DNA of 64,000 nt from Caldisericia bacterium (GTDB taxonomy: Bacteria > Caldisericota > Caldisericia > B22-G15). The translations under genes and the position numbers were made by a program. How positions within the stretch are numbered: position 1 is the first letter of the stretch; the number at the start of each line of letters is the position of its first letter. Positions 39,347 through 48,341 of the stretch are shown piece by piece. The stretch covers positions 592 to 64,591 of the forward strand of contig JAOAHY010000002.1 of the NCBI GenBank assembly GCA_026414995.1. Direction: 5' to 3'. A model generated the notes under the pieces. The model ran no database searches. It saw only the letters and a program-made list of their open reading frames with translations, and was not told where the DNA came from.

Positions 39347-39916
39347 TTGATTTTAGAAAAAAGGGAATGGATAATAATAACTATTGTTGCATTTGTCTTA
39401 GGAATAATTATAGGTTTTTACTCATCAAAACTCAGTTCAAAAGAGACATTAACTTTAAATGAAACAAAAGAAAAGATATATGTTCAGATAGTAGGAGAGA
39501 TAAAATATCCAGGTGTCTATGAAATGGAGAATGGTGATAGAGTTTTTCAACTTGTTGAGAAAGCAGGTGGTCTTTCTGAAAATGCAGATATTAATTCTAT
39601 AAATCTTTCAAAAAAACTAATTGATGGTGAAAAAATAACTGTATTTGCAAAAAAATCTTTAACTGAAGATGATTCAAAGACTACTCAATCTGGAATATCA
39701 TCAACCAAACCTAAATCAAATCTTATTAATATAAACACTGCATCAAAAGAAGAACTTGAATCACTTCCTGGGATTGGTCCAACTCTCGCCCAAAGAATTA
39801 TTGATTATAGAGAAACAAATGGATATTTTCAAACAATTGAAGATATTAAGAAAGTTTCAGGGATAGGAGATAAGAAGTTTGAGGCTATTAAAAATTTAAT
39901 TACAGTTGGTCCTTGA
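39347..39916 (+). CDS. comEA: competence protein ComEA (HhH DNA receptor)
   Basis: 189 aa. N-terminal TM, SLBB-like region, C-terminal tandem helix-hairpin-helix 'INTASKEELESLPGIGPTLAQRIIDYR'. Confidence 0.8.
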   Translation: MILEKREWIIITIVAFVLGIIIGFYSSKLSSKETLTLNETKEKIYVQIVGEIKYPGVYEMENGDRVFQLVEKAGGLSENADINSINLSKKLIDGEKITVFAKKSLTEDDSKTTQSGISSTKPKSNLININTASKEELESLPGIGPTLAQRIIDYRETNGYFQTIEDIKKVSGIGDKKFEAIKNLITVGP

Positions 39917-42093
39917 GAAAACTATTTAGGATAATTTTTATTTTCTTTCTCCTATCCCTTTTCTCTATTAAGTATCCATTTTTAATTATTTTTTTATTTA
40001 TCCCAATTTTATTTATCAGAAGAAGGGATTTTTTTATTTTCTATTCAATTTTTATAATTTTAGGACTAACAAGAGTTTATTTTTTTAAAACTCCATCTTT
40101 TTTAGAACTTAAAGAAAACATAATTAAGGGAGAAGTAGTTTCATATGAAAATGAAAATAGTTTTGTATTAAAAAACAATTTGGGAAAATTTTTAGTGTAT
40201 AAAAATGGTGATTTTTTTCTAAAACCGGGTGATAAAATTTCGATTGAGGGATTTTTTCTAAATAGTCTCAAAGGAAACCCTGGAGAAGAAAGTTATTATA
40301 TATATTCTTTAACCGAAGGAATAAGAGGGAATTTTTATGCAAATAAAATAGAAATTATCGAAAAAAATCAAAGTTTAATTTCAAAATTAAGAGAAAAAAT
40401 TTACAATAATTTAAACATTTTCGGAAAAAATTCTGAAATTTTCGAAGGTTTTATTTTTGGAGGCAAAACAGTTGATAGTGAAATAAAAGAACTTTTTAAA
40501 TATAGTGGAACAATTCACCTTTTTGCTATCTCAGGAATTCATCTTTCAATTTTGGGTGGATTTTTCTCAATCTTTCTCAATCCTTTGATTGTTATTATTA
40601 TTCTTTTTATATATCTTATTATAATTCTCTTTCCAGTTTCAGCATTAAGAGCTTTTTTTATGTACTCATTCTTTTTAATTGGCAAGGTTTTCAAAAGAGA
40701 GATTGATACATTAAATTCACTTCTATTTTCAGCAATAATTCTAATTTTAATAAATCCACTTAATTTAATTTCTCCATCTTTTTTATTAACATTTATATCT
40801 ACCCTCTCGATAATAACAATTTCAGAAAAATTTAAAAATAGATTACTAAAATTTTTAATGCTACCTTCTTTTATTATCTTTGGTTCTTTTCCTATTCTTA
40901 TATATTTCTTCCCTTTTTTCTCTTTTATAACACTAATATCAAATTTAGTGATAATTCCTTTAATTTCATTGTTTCTTCCGGTTATTTTCTTTTTTTCGTT
41001 AATATCTATAATTTTCAAAGAGTCAATATTAATACTTAAACCAATTTGCTATATAATTGAAAAATTAGTTTCTTTTTTCTCAAACACTCCTTTATCTTCA
41101 ATTGGTATTAAAAAACCTACTACTCTTTTTATTATCTTTTATTTTATTATCTATTTTATTGTTGTTTTAATTTTTTTAAAAGAAATTGAATTAAAAAAAG
41201 TAAAACAATATTTTATTATTTTTTTAATTATAACTTTGATTACATTTTCTTTTCCCTATTTAAAAGATTTTAATAACTTTAAAATAATTTTTTTTGATGT
41301 TGGAGAAGGTGATTCAATTTTGATCAAAACACCAAAAAATGAAACTATATTAGTTGATGGTGGAGGAACCTCAGATAAAGAGAAAAAAAGCCCTGGAATG
41401 AGAGTTTTAAATTCTTTAAAGAGATTGGGAATAAATGAAATTGATTATGTTATTTTTACTCATGAAGATAGTGATCATATTGAAGGGCTTTTTCATGTAA
41501 TAAAAAGAGTAAAAATTAAAAATTTACTTTATCCTGATATAAATTTGTCTAATTATGGAATAGATTTAGCAAAAATTCTTCAAAAAGAAAAAATATTAAT
41601 AAATAAATTGAAAAGAGGAGATGAATTTGAAATATGTGGGGTAAAATTTTTTGTTTTAAATCCTTATCCTAATGGAAAAGAATATTTGAGAGCAAATGAT
41701 AATAACAATTCACTTTCTATAATTGTAGAATATGAAAATTTTAAATTTTTTTTAAGTGGTGATATTGAAAATGAAGCAATAGAAGAAATATATAATCTTT
41801 ATCCTGATAAATTGAAGAATGTTTTTATATTAAAAGTTCCTCACCATGGAAGTAAAAATTCCTATAATGAAAATTTTTTTAATATTTTAAATCCTCAAAT
41901 TTCAGTAATTTCTGTTGGATCAAATAATTTTGGTCATCCATCAGATGATGTTATAAATTATCTTAATTCTTTGAATTCTAAAATTTATAGAACAGATAAA
42001 GATGGAGCAGTTGAATGTGAAATAGATAATAATAAAAATTATAATATAAAAAGTTATAATTTCTCTGAAATAACTATTAATCTTTTTGAATGA
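39913..42093 (+). CDS. comEC: DNA internalisation competence protein ComEC/Rec2
   Basis: 726 aa. Polytopic competence domain plus C-terminal metallo-beta-lactamase domain 'HEDSDHIEG'. TTG start overlapping the comEA stop. Confidence 0.85.
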   Translation: MRKLFRIIFIFFLLSLFSIKYPFLIIFLFIPILFIRRRDFFIFYSIFIILGLTRVYFFKTPSFLELKENIIKGEVVSYENENSFVLKNNLGKFLVYKNGDFFLKPGDKISIEGFFLNSLKGNPGEESYYIYSLTEGIRGNFYANKIEIIEKNQSLISKLREKIYNNLNIFGKNSEIFEGFIFGGKTVDSEIKELFKYSGTIHLFAISGIHLSILGGFFSIFLNPLIVIIILFIYLIIILFPVSALRAFFMYSFFLIGKVFKREIDTLNSLLFSAIILILINPLNLISPSFLLTFISTLSIITISEKFKNRLLKFLMLPSFIIFGSFPILIYFFPFFSFITLISNLVIIPLISLFLPVIFFFSLISIIFKESILILKPICYIIEKLVSFFSNTPLSSIGIKKPTTLFIIFYFIIYFIVVLIFLKEIELKKVKQYFIIFLIITLITFSFPYLKDFNNFKIIFFDVGEGDSILIKTPKNETILVDGGGTSDKEKKSPGMRVLNSLKRLGINEIDYVIFTHEDSDHIEGLFHVIKRVKIKNLLYPDINLSNYGIDLAKILQKEKILINKLKRGDEFEICGVKFFVLNPYPNGKEYLRANDNNNSLSIIVEYENFKFFLSGDIENEAIEEIYNLYPDKLKNVFILKVPHHGSKNSYNENFFNILNPQISVISVGSNNFGHPSDDVINYLNSLNSKIYRTDKDGAVECEIDNNKNYNIKSYNFSEITINLFE

Positions 42094-42788
42094 ATTGAGT
42101 ACTCCTCGAAATTATACCCACCAAAACATTTTATAATTCTAAAACCTGCTTCTTTAAGATAAAATTCTATTTCTTTATATGTAAAAACTCTATATATTCT
42201 TATATAACTTTTATTATTTCCATTATTAATAATAACTCTTTCAGTTTTTAATCTACTTGTTTTAATATTTAATTCATTTCTCTCTAGAATATAGAAATTT
42301 CCTTCCTTTTCCCATCTTTCTTTTGGAAGATTTTTTAACATATAATAAATGTTTTCAAGATCAAGTAAAAACTTTCCATTATCTTTTAAGGAGTTATTGA
42401 CTTTTTTAAGCAAAAATAGGTTTTCCTCGTCTGAAAAATAACCAAAACTTGTCCAAATTGATATTACTGCATTAAATTCATTCTGAAAATTAATTTCTCT
42501 CATATCTATTTTTTTAAAATCAATATTTTCTAAATCACCTTTTAAATTTTTTCCTATTTCAATATATTTTTCATTAAAATCAATTCCGAGACCAGAAATT
42601 CCTCTTCTTCCCAGTTCTAAAATATGTCTTCCAATTCCGCAACCTAAATCTAAAACTTTATCACCCATTTTAAGAGAAAGAGCATTTATTATAAAATCAA
42701 CTTGTTTAAAAGTAAGTTCTTCTTTTTGCTTTTTAAGATAAAGCTCAAGATAATTATCATCAAAAAAATCAAAATACCACTCTTCCAT
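42054..42788 (-). CDS. class I SAM-dependent methyltransferase
   Basis: 244 aa. Motif I 'VLDLGCGIGRH'. Confidence 0.7.
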   Translation of the reverse strand: MEEWYFDFFDDNYLELYLKKQKEELTFKQVDFIINALSLKMGDKVLDLGCGIGRHILELGRRGISGLGIDFNEKYIEIGKNLKGDLENIDFKKIDMREINFQNEFNAVISIWTSFGYFSDEENLFLLKKVNNSLKDNGKFLLDLENIYYMLKNLPKERWEKEGNFYILERNELNIKTSRLKTERVIINNGNNKSYIRIYRVFTYKEIEFYLKEAGFRIIKCFGGYNFEEYSIHSKRLIVISEKL

Positions 42789-42838
42789 ATTTCCTCTTAA
42801 TTTAAATCTTACAAAAATTTTTAAAAAAATTAAGTTGT

Positions 42839-42867
42839 TTGAATAAAATTAAAAATTTTGATATTAT
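42839..42867 (+). promoter_or_regulatory. sigma70-like promoter (TTGAAT, 17 nt, TATTAT) placing the transcription start site (TSS) at about 42874-42876, the first base of the leader RNA
   Basis: TTGAAT at 42839-42844, TATTAT at 42862-42867. Confidence 0.4.
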
Positions 42868-42875
42868 TAAATTGA

Positions 42876-43034
42876 CCCTCGGGCTATCGTGTTGAAAAGG
42901 ATGGGTTGGGCCAACACGGTAAAAAATGGGATTCAATATCTTTATAACTTCTTCTGGGATGGAAGAGTTATAAATGAGAATCCCACCTGCTTGGATGCAG
43001 GTTCAATCCTATCCTGACTCACGTAGCCTGGGGG
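42876..43034 (+). ncRNA. about 160-nt structured 5' leader RNA (four-way junction plus pseudoknot; riboswitch-like, unclassified)
   Basis: P1 closing helix 42876-42887/43023-43034 (12 bp, contains the GGGGG SD of the downstream gene). Hairpin A 42888-42918, long bulged hairpin B 42928-42984, hairpin C 42985-43002. A 7-bp pseudoknot joins loop A 'GGAUGGG' (42899-42905) and the 3' linker 'CCUAUCC' (43008-43014). Confidence 0.5.
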
Positions 43035-43043
43035 ATTTTTTAA

Positions 43044-43493
43044 ATGAAAGAAATTGGAAAAGTATTAGAAAATAAAAACAAATTTTCTATAGTTGAAGTT
43101 GGTGGTTCTTATTGTGAAAGTTGTATAAGCAAAGAAAAATGTTTATTTCATAGAGAAAGAGAGAAATTGGTTGAAGCAGAAAATAAAATAAATGCAAAAC
43201 CAGGAGATATTGTTCTTTTGGAAGTTCCACCAAAAAAATATGTTTTTATTACATTCGTTATTTATTTAATTCCGATAATCTCTATGTTTGTTGGTTCTAT
43301 ATTAGGTGAATATATATTTAAAAATATTTATTTTAAAGGAGAAAACATTACTCCAATTTTGTCAGGATTTATATTTTTAGTTTTTTCTATCCTATTAATT
43401 CGGGTTTTCAATAAATTCCTTTTGTTAAGACCTAAAATAGAAGAGGTAATTAATGAAGATTTCTTAAAAAATCTAACAGATGAAAATTCTTGA
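43044..43493 (+). CDS. RseC/MucC-family protein (N-terminal Cys pairs, C-terminal 2 TM)
   Basis: 149 aa. 'GGSYCESCISKEKCLF' cysteine cluster and two C-terminal hydrophobic helices, typical of SoxR-reducing-system RseC-like proteins. Confidence 0.5.
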   Translation: MKEIGKVLENKNKFSIVEVGGSYCESCISKEKCLFHREREKLVEAENKINAKPGDIVLLEVPPKKYVFITFVIYLIPIISMFVGSILGEYIFKNIYFKGENITPILSGFIFLVFSILLIRVFNKFLLLRPKIEEVINEDFLKNLTDENS

Positions 43494-43537
43494 TTTAAAA
43501 TTAAAAGTTGATATATTAAAATTCAAGGAGATAAATT

Positions 43538-44362
43538 ATGGGAATTGAAGGTAATATTAAAGACTTTCCTTTAATTGATGTGTTGAACCTTCTCTCCTTC
43601 GGAACAAAGACAGGAGTTCTTGTTATATCAGGTAAAAAAAATGATGAACTATTAAATGGAGAAATCTATTTTATGGGTGGAAAAATAGTTGATGCAATTT
43701 GTGGAAATAAAAGGGGAGAAGAAGCATTTTATTCTATTTTTTTGATGAGTGAAGGTAATTTTACTTTTAAAACACAAAATATAAATATAACACCAAAAAT
43801 CGAAAAAAGTTTTGATAATCTTTTACTTGAAGCAATAAGAAAAGCGGATGAAATTAAAGTATTATATTCAAAAATACCAGATCTTGCAACTGTTTTAGAA
43901 ACAAATCCAAATGTTGAAGCAAGTGAAATACGTCTTTCTTCTGATGAATGGCAAGTACTAAACTTATTTAAAGATAAAAAAAGCATAAAAGAGGCACTTA
44001 AAATTTCACCATTTTCTGAGTTTGAAACTTTAAAATCAATTTATCTTTTGCTTTCATTTAATCTTTTAACAAAAGCAGAAGAAATTGAGATAGATTTATC
44101 AAAAATTATTCCAAAAAGGGTTATCACTCCTGTAAAAGATGCTTTATCAATTTTAGGACTTTCTCAACCAAGAACAATTTGTGAAAAAGTTCTATTTAAA
44201 GTTGATGGAGTTAGAAGTCTACAAGATATAGCAAATGAATTAAAAATTTCAAAACAAGAAATTTTGAGTTGTTTTATAAAACTTCTGAAAGAAACAAAAA
44301 TTATAGCCAATATATCTCTTGAAAAAATAAAAGTAATAGAAAGATTAACAAAGGAGGAGTAA
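43538..44362 (+). CDS. DUF4388-domain protein
   Basis: 274 aa. N-terminal 'GNIKDFPLIDVLNLLSFGTKTGVLVI...GEIYFMGGKIVDA...GEEAFYSIFLMSEGNFTF' matches the DUF4388 pattern. SD 'aaggag' upstream. Confidence 0.55.
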   Translation: MGIEGNIKDFPLIDVLNLLSFGTKTGVLVISGKKNDELLNGEIYFMGGKIVDAICGNKRGEEAFYSIFLMSEGNFTFKTQNINITPKIEKSFDNLLLEAIRKADEIKVLYSKIPDLATVLETNPNVEASEIRLSSDEWQVLNLFKDKKSIKEALKISPFSEFETLKSIYLLLSFNLLTKAEEIEIDLSKIIPKRVITPVKDALSILGLSQPRTICEKVLFKVDGVRSLQDIANELKISKQEILSCFIKLLKETKIIANISLEKIKVIERLTKEE

Positions 44363-45073
44363 ATGAGATTAGAGAATTTTTTGTATCCTGCAATTCTTGT
44401 TTTAATATTCCACTTTTTCATTTTAATTGCTTTAAAAATTAGAAGAGGTGTATCTTTAGCATTCTTCTATCTTTTGATAGGTGGAATTCTCTCTATAATT
44501 CAGTTTGTAAGTTTTCCTGGATATCTTGCTTTATTAAGAGGTTTAAGTATTCAAGGTATACCTCTTATTCCTGTTTATTTTATCTCAATTGTTATAATTT
44601 CGATCTTTATAATATTTGAAATGTTTGATATTGAAATTAGTAGAAATTATACAATTTCTTTAATTTTTGGAAGAATTCTTGTTATTCTCCTTTTCTTTTC
44701 TATTGTTTTCATTGAATATTTATTATCTTCTTTAGGAACAGAAAAATTTCAATTAAAAAATGTTTTTGATTATGTTTATCTTATAACAGGTAAGCCAACG
44801 CAAATTTTAATAACTCTTGCATTCTTTATCGGAGCAATTTTTGTTGCTTTTCTTATTTATGCACTTTTAAGAGCTGTTAAATTACCTTTCTTTATTGCTT
44901 CAATAATTTCTATTTTTGTTGGAGGTTTAGTTAATCTGATGAGTGTTAGTTTTCCACTATTTTTCTATGTTCCACAAATGTTCTTTGGTGTTTTTTATCA
45001 TTTAGCTTTTGTTGGTATAATTTTATCTTTTATAACATTTATTCTCTGGGGTTGGGTGAAAGGAAAAGAATAA
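44363..45073 (+). CDS. hypothetical polytopic membrane protein
   Basis: 236 aa with 6-7 predicted TM helices. Starts 1 nt after the DUF4388 gene. Confidence 0.35.
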   Translation: MRLENFLYPAILVLIFHFFILIALKIRRGVSLAFFYLLIGGILSIIQFVSFPGYLALLRGLSIQGIPLIPVYFISIVIISIFIIFEMFDIEISRNYTISLIFGRILVILLFFSIVFIEYLLSSLGTEKFQLKNVFDYVYLITGKPTQILITLAFFIGAIFVAFLIYALLRAVKLPFFIASIISIFVGGLVNLMSVSFPLFFYVPQMFFGVFYHLAFVGIILSFITFILWGWVKGKE

Positions 45074-47280
45074 TTAAAGATCCGCTAATTGAAAAAATAA
45101 TTAATTCAAAAAATTATAAAAATAATATAAGAAATATTGTTGAATTAGATGAAATTAAACCAAATTTAATTCCACTTGACTTTTTAAATGAAAATTTAAA
45201 AAATAAATTAGAAAAAATCGGAATAAACTTTTTTTATGAATATCAGAAGGAAGTTTACAACTCAATTAAAAATAGAGAAAATATAGCTATTATATCTCCA
45301 ACTGCATCAGGAAAAACAATTGCATTTCACTTACCTATATATGAATTTATAAAAAATGGTGAAAAAGCAATTTATATCTATCCAACAAAAGCGCTAACAA
45401 GAGATCAAGAAAGGCAAATTTTAAATCTCACAGAAGAAATTAAATGTGGTGTCTATGATGGAGATACAGATATTTCGTTAAGAAAGAAAATAAGGGAGGA
45501 AGCACAAATTTTATTTACAAATCCAGAAATGATTCATTATTCTATTCTTCCCTACCACACAAATTGGAGTAGATTTATAAGCAGACTTTCTTATATTGTT
45601 TTCGATGAGGCACATATCTATAATGGAGTCTTTGGTTCAAATATCTCTTCTCTTATAAAAAGAATGAAAAGAATTTTCAAGTTTTATGAAAAAGATGTTA
45701 AATTTGTTTTTTCCTCAGCAACAGTTGGAAATCCAGAGGAGTTTTTTTATAATCTTTTTGGTGAAAAAATAAAAATAATTAGAGGAGATAAAACTCCCAG
45801 AAAAAAGAAAAAGTTCATTTTTATTAAAACACCAGATGAAAGATCAATTCTTATTGAAGCAATGTGGATAACAGAACTATTAGTAAATTCAGATTATAGA
45901 GGAATTGCATTTATGAGAAGTAGAAAAGGGGTAGAACTTTTATATAGATATTTAAGAGAGAAATTAGATGAAAAATTAACTAAAAAAGTTTTACCTTATA
46001 GAGCAGGTTATTCAAAAGAAAGAAGGAGAGAAATTGAGAAAAAGCTCCTTCAAGGAGATATAAATTTTGTAATTTCAACAAATGCATTAGAACTTGGAAT
46101 TGATATTGGTGACCTTGATATAGTTTTAATTGTAGGTTATCCAGGAACAATATCTTCATTTTTGCAGGAAAGTGGAAGAGCAGGAAGAAAAAGAGAGGGG
46201 TACACAATATTTATTGCTGATAAAGATCCTTTAAATGAATATATAGTGAATCACCCAGAGGAAATTTTTGAAAAGGGGTCAGAAAATTTAATTATTGATC
46301 CAGAAAATCCACATTTATTAAAAAAACATATTTTATGTGCATCATTTGAAATTCCAATTCATAAAAACGATGATTTTTATTTTAAAGATGTATGTGAAAA
46401 TTTAAAAAAAGAAGATAAATTAAAAGAAGTTGATGGTAGATTAATTCCAAATTCTCTTAATTTTCCTCATAAAAATGTCACCCTTAGAAGTTTTGAAGAA
46501 GATGATTTTATTCTTTATGATGAAGATAAAAAAGAAATTGAAAGAATTGATGAAAGAAGAGCATATTCAGAGGCACATCCTGGTGCAGTTTACTATTTTG
46601 AAGGAGACTCATTTGTTGTAAATGATTTTGATATTAGAAATAAGGAAATTTATTTAATAAAAAAGGAGGTTGATTATTATACTCAATCTCTTGAAATTGT
46701 TTCAACAAAAATTCTAAAGGAGATGAATAACAAAAAAGAAAGGTCTCTTCAAATATTTTACGGAGAATTAGAAGTAACTTCACAAATTTATGGTTATCAG
46801 AAAAGGAAACATTTTACAAATGACCTTATAGGTGAATTTCCACTTGACTTACCAAGAATAGTTTTTGAAACAAAAGGATTTTGGTTTACTATAATCGAAG
46901 AAATTAAAAAAGATGTCTTAAAGTTCCATTTTGATTTTAATGGCTCAATTCATGCACTAGAACATCTTCTAATTGGCGTTTTTCCACTTATTGCAATTTG
47001 TGATAGAAGAGACCTTGGAGGCCTATCTCACCCAATTCATCCAGATACAGATAAACCAACAATATTTATTTATGATGCTTATCCTGGGGGAGTTGGATTT
47101 TCAAAAAAAGGGTTTGATTATATCGAAAAATTATTAACTTTTGGACTTGATGTAATTAAAAATTGTAAATGCGAAGATGGTTGCCCATCTTGTATTTACT
47201 CTCCAAAATGTGGAAATAAAAATAAACCACTCGATAAAAAAGGTGCTATTTTAATTTTAGAGAAAATTTTGAATTTATAG
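45052..47280 (+). CDS. DEAD/DEAH-box helicase with C-terminal DUF1998 zinc module (YprA/MrfA-like)
   Basis: 742 aa. Motif I 'SPTASGKT', motif II 'FDEAH', motif VI 'QESGRAGR', C-terminal 'CKCEDGCPSCIYSPKCGNK' four-Cys DUF1998 signature. Confidence 0.75.
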   Translation: MGERKRIIKDPLIEKIINSKNYKNNIRNIVELDEIKPNLIPLDFLNENLKNKLEKIGINFFYEYQKEVYNSIKNRENIAIISPTASGKTIAFHLPIYEFIKNGEKAIYIYPTKALTRDQERQILNLTEEIKCGVYDGDTDISLRKKIREEAQILFTNPEMIHYSILPYHTNWSRFISRLSYIVFDEAHIYNGVFGSNISSLIKRMKRIFKFYEKDVKFVFSSATVGNPEEFFYNLFGEKIKIIRGDKTPRKKKKFIFIKTPDERSILIEAMWITELLVNSDYRGIAFMRSRKGVELLYRYLREKLDEKLTKKVLPYRAGYSKERRREIEKKLLQGDINFVISTNALELGIDIGDLDIVLIVGYPGTISSFLQESGRAGRKREGYTIFIADKDPLNEYIVNHPEEIFEKGSENLIIDPENPHLLKKHILCASFEIPIHKNDDFYFKDVCENLKKEDKLKEVDGRLIPNSLNFPHKNVTLRSFEEDDFILYDEDKKEIERIDERRAYSEAHPGAVYYFEGDSFVVNDFDIRNKEIYLIKKEVDYYTQSLEIVSTKILKEMNNKKERSLQIFYGELEVTSQIYGYQKRKHFTNDLIGEFPLDLPRIVFETKGFWFTIIEEIKKDVLKFHFDFNGSIHALEHLLIGVFPLIAICDRRDLGGLSHPIHPDTDKPTIFIYDAYPGGVGFSKKGFDYIEKLLTFGLDVIKNCKCEDGCPSCIYSPKCGNKNKPLDKKGAILILEKILNL

Positions 47281-47288
47281 AGTTAATT

Positions 47289-48341
47289 TTACAAAAATTC
47301 ACCTCTCCTTTTTATTGAAAGGCTTAAAATTATAAAAAGTGTTAAGTTCATTAATATTAAAATTAATATATAAAATATAGAATTCTCTAATCTCCCTTTT
47401 TCTGCTATTTCAAGAATTGGTTTAATAAGGTAATAAGTAGGAAAAATTTTTGATATAATTTCTGGAATTTTTGGAAATAGAGTTTGAATTACTGGAAAGA
47501 AAAGAACTATTCCTCCAATTTTCCAAAATGAAAGAAGAGTCGCAAAGTCATTTAGATAAATCCCAAGAATTATTCCCAAAAATGTCGCCATAATTGTACC
47601 TAAAAATGTTAAAACTAGCAACATAAGAGGATTAATCATAAAAATATTATTAATAATTAAAATAATTATCCCAGTAAATAAACTTACAATAAAACCAAAT
47701 AACCACTTTGAAAATAATATTTCATTTAACTGAAGTGATGAAGCCTTTAATGCATCAAGAGTTTTTTTTCTTTTTTCTTCAATTAACGATGTTGATGGAA
47801 TAAACAATCCACCAAAAAATATAGCTATCATTACAATTAATGGAAAAACTCTTAATTTAATTGAAAGTCCTTTTTCTCCTATCTCTTCAGTTTCAATATT
47901 AACTTTAATATCTTTCTGAAACAATTTTCGAATTATATTTCCTAAAGTAACAACAATTATTGCTCTATTCCTTGCATAACTTTCACCAAATATATAACTT
48001 TTTAAAATTACCTTTTCGCCACTCTTTAATTTTTCATCAAAATATTTTGGAATAACTATCCCTATATCAATTATTCCATTACTAACGTTTGATTTTAAAG
48101 AATCAATTGATTTATACTCTTTAGTAATTATTGATTTTGTTTCATATATTATATTCTTAATGTCTGACTCTCCTTCAAAATAAATACCTAATCTTGGTGT
48201 TCTTATATAAAAAGAGCCAAGAAGTAAAGAAAGAACAATTGATATTAAAAATGGGGCAAGGAGGGACCAAATAATAATAAATCTTTTTGAGCCTATTTTA
48301 AATTCTTTTAATAATAAAATAAATATTCTCTTAAAACTCAT
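47289..48341 (-). CDS. ABC-2 family exporter permease
   Basis: 350 aa. N-terminal TM, large extracytoplasmic loop, 5 C-terminal TM helices. Confidence 0.6.
   Translation of the reverse strand: MSFKRIFILLLKEFKIGSKRFIIIWSLLAPFLISIVLSLLLGSFYIRTPRLGIYFEGESDIKNIIYETKSIITKEYKSIDSLKSNVSNGIIDIGIVIPKYFDEKLKSGEKVILKSYIFGESYARNRAIIVVTLGNIIRKLFQKDIKVNIETEEIGEKGLSIKLRVFPLIVMIAIFFGGLFIPSTSLIEEKRKKTLDALKASSLQLNEILFSKWLFGFIVSLFTGIIILIINNIFMINPLMLLVLTFLGTIMATFLGIILGIYLNDFATLLSFWKIGGIVLFFPVIQTLFPKIPEIISKIFPTYYLIKPILEIAEKGRLENSIFYILILILMNLTLFIILSLSIKRRGEFL

Noticed and set aside
42990-43034. tRNA-like T-arm sequence GCAGGTTCAATCC suggesting a tRNA or tmRNA gene
   Set aside because: No cloverleaf can be built: there is no D-arm or anticodon arm, and the flanking stem is 12 bp enclosing 135 nt. 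The 5' end does not match the tmRNA GGGG...tRNA-like domain. Treated instead as part of the structured leader RNA.
42876-43034. Identity of the leader RNA as SRP RNA, 6S RNA or RNase P RNA
   Set aside because: It lacks the SRP domain IV GGAA/AGCAG motifs and the RNase P P4 'AGGAAAGUCCGG' core. 6S RNA has no multi-hairpin junction. Position and orientation immediately 5' of a CDS favour a cis-regulatory leader.
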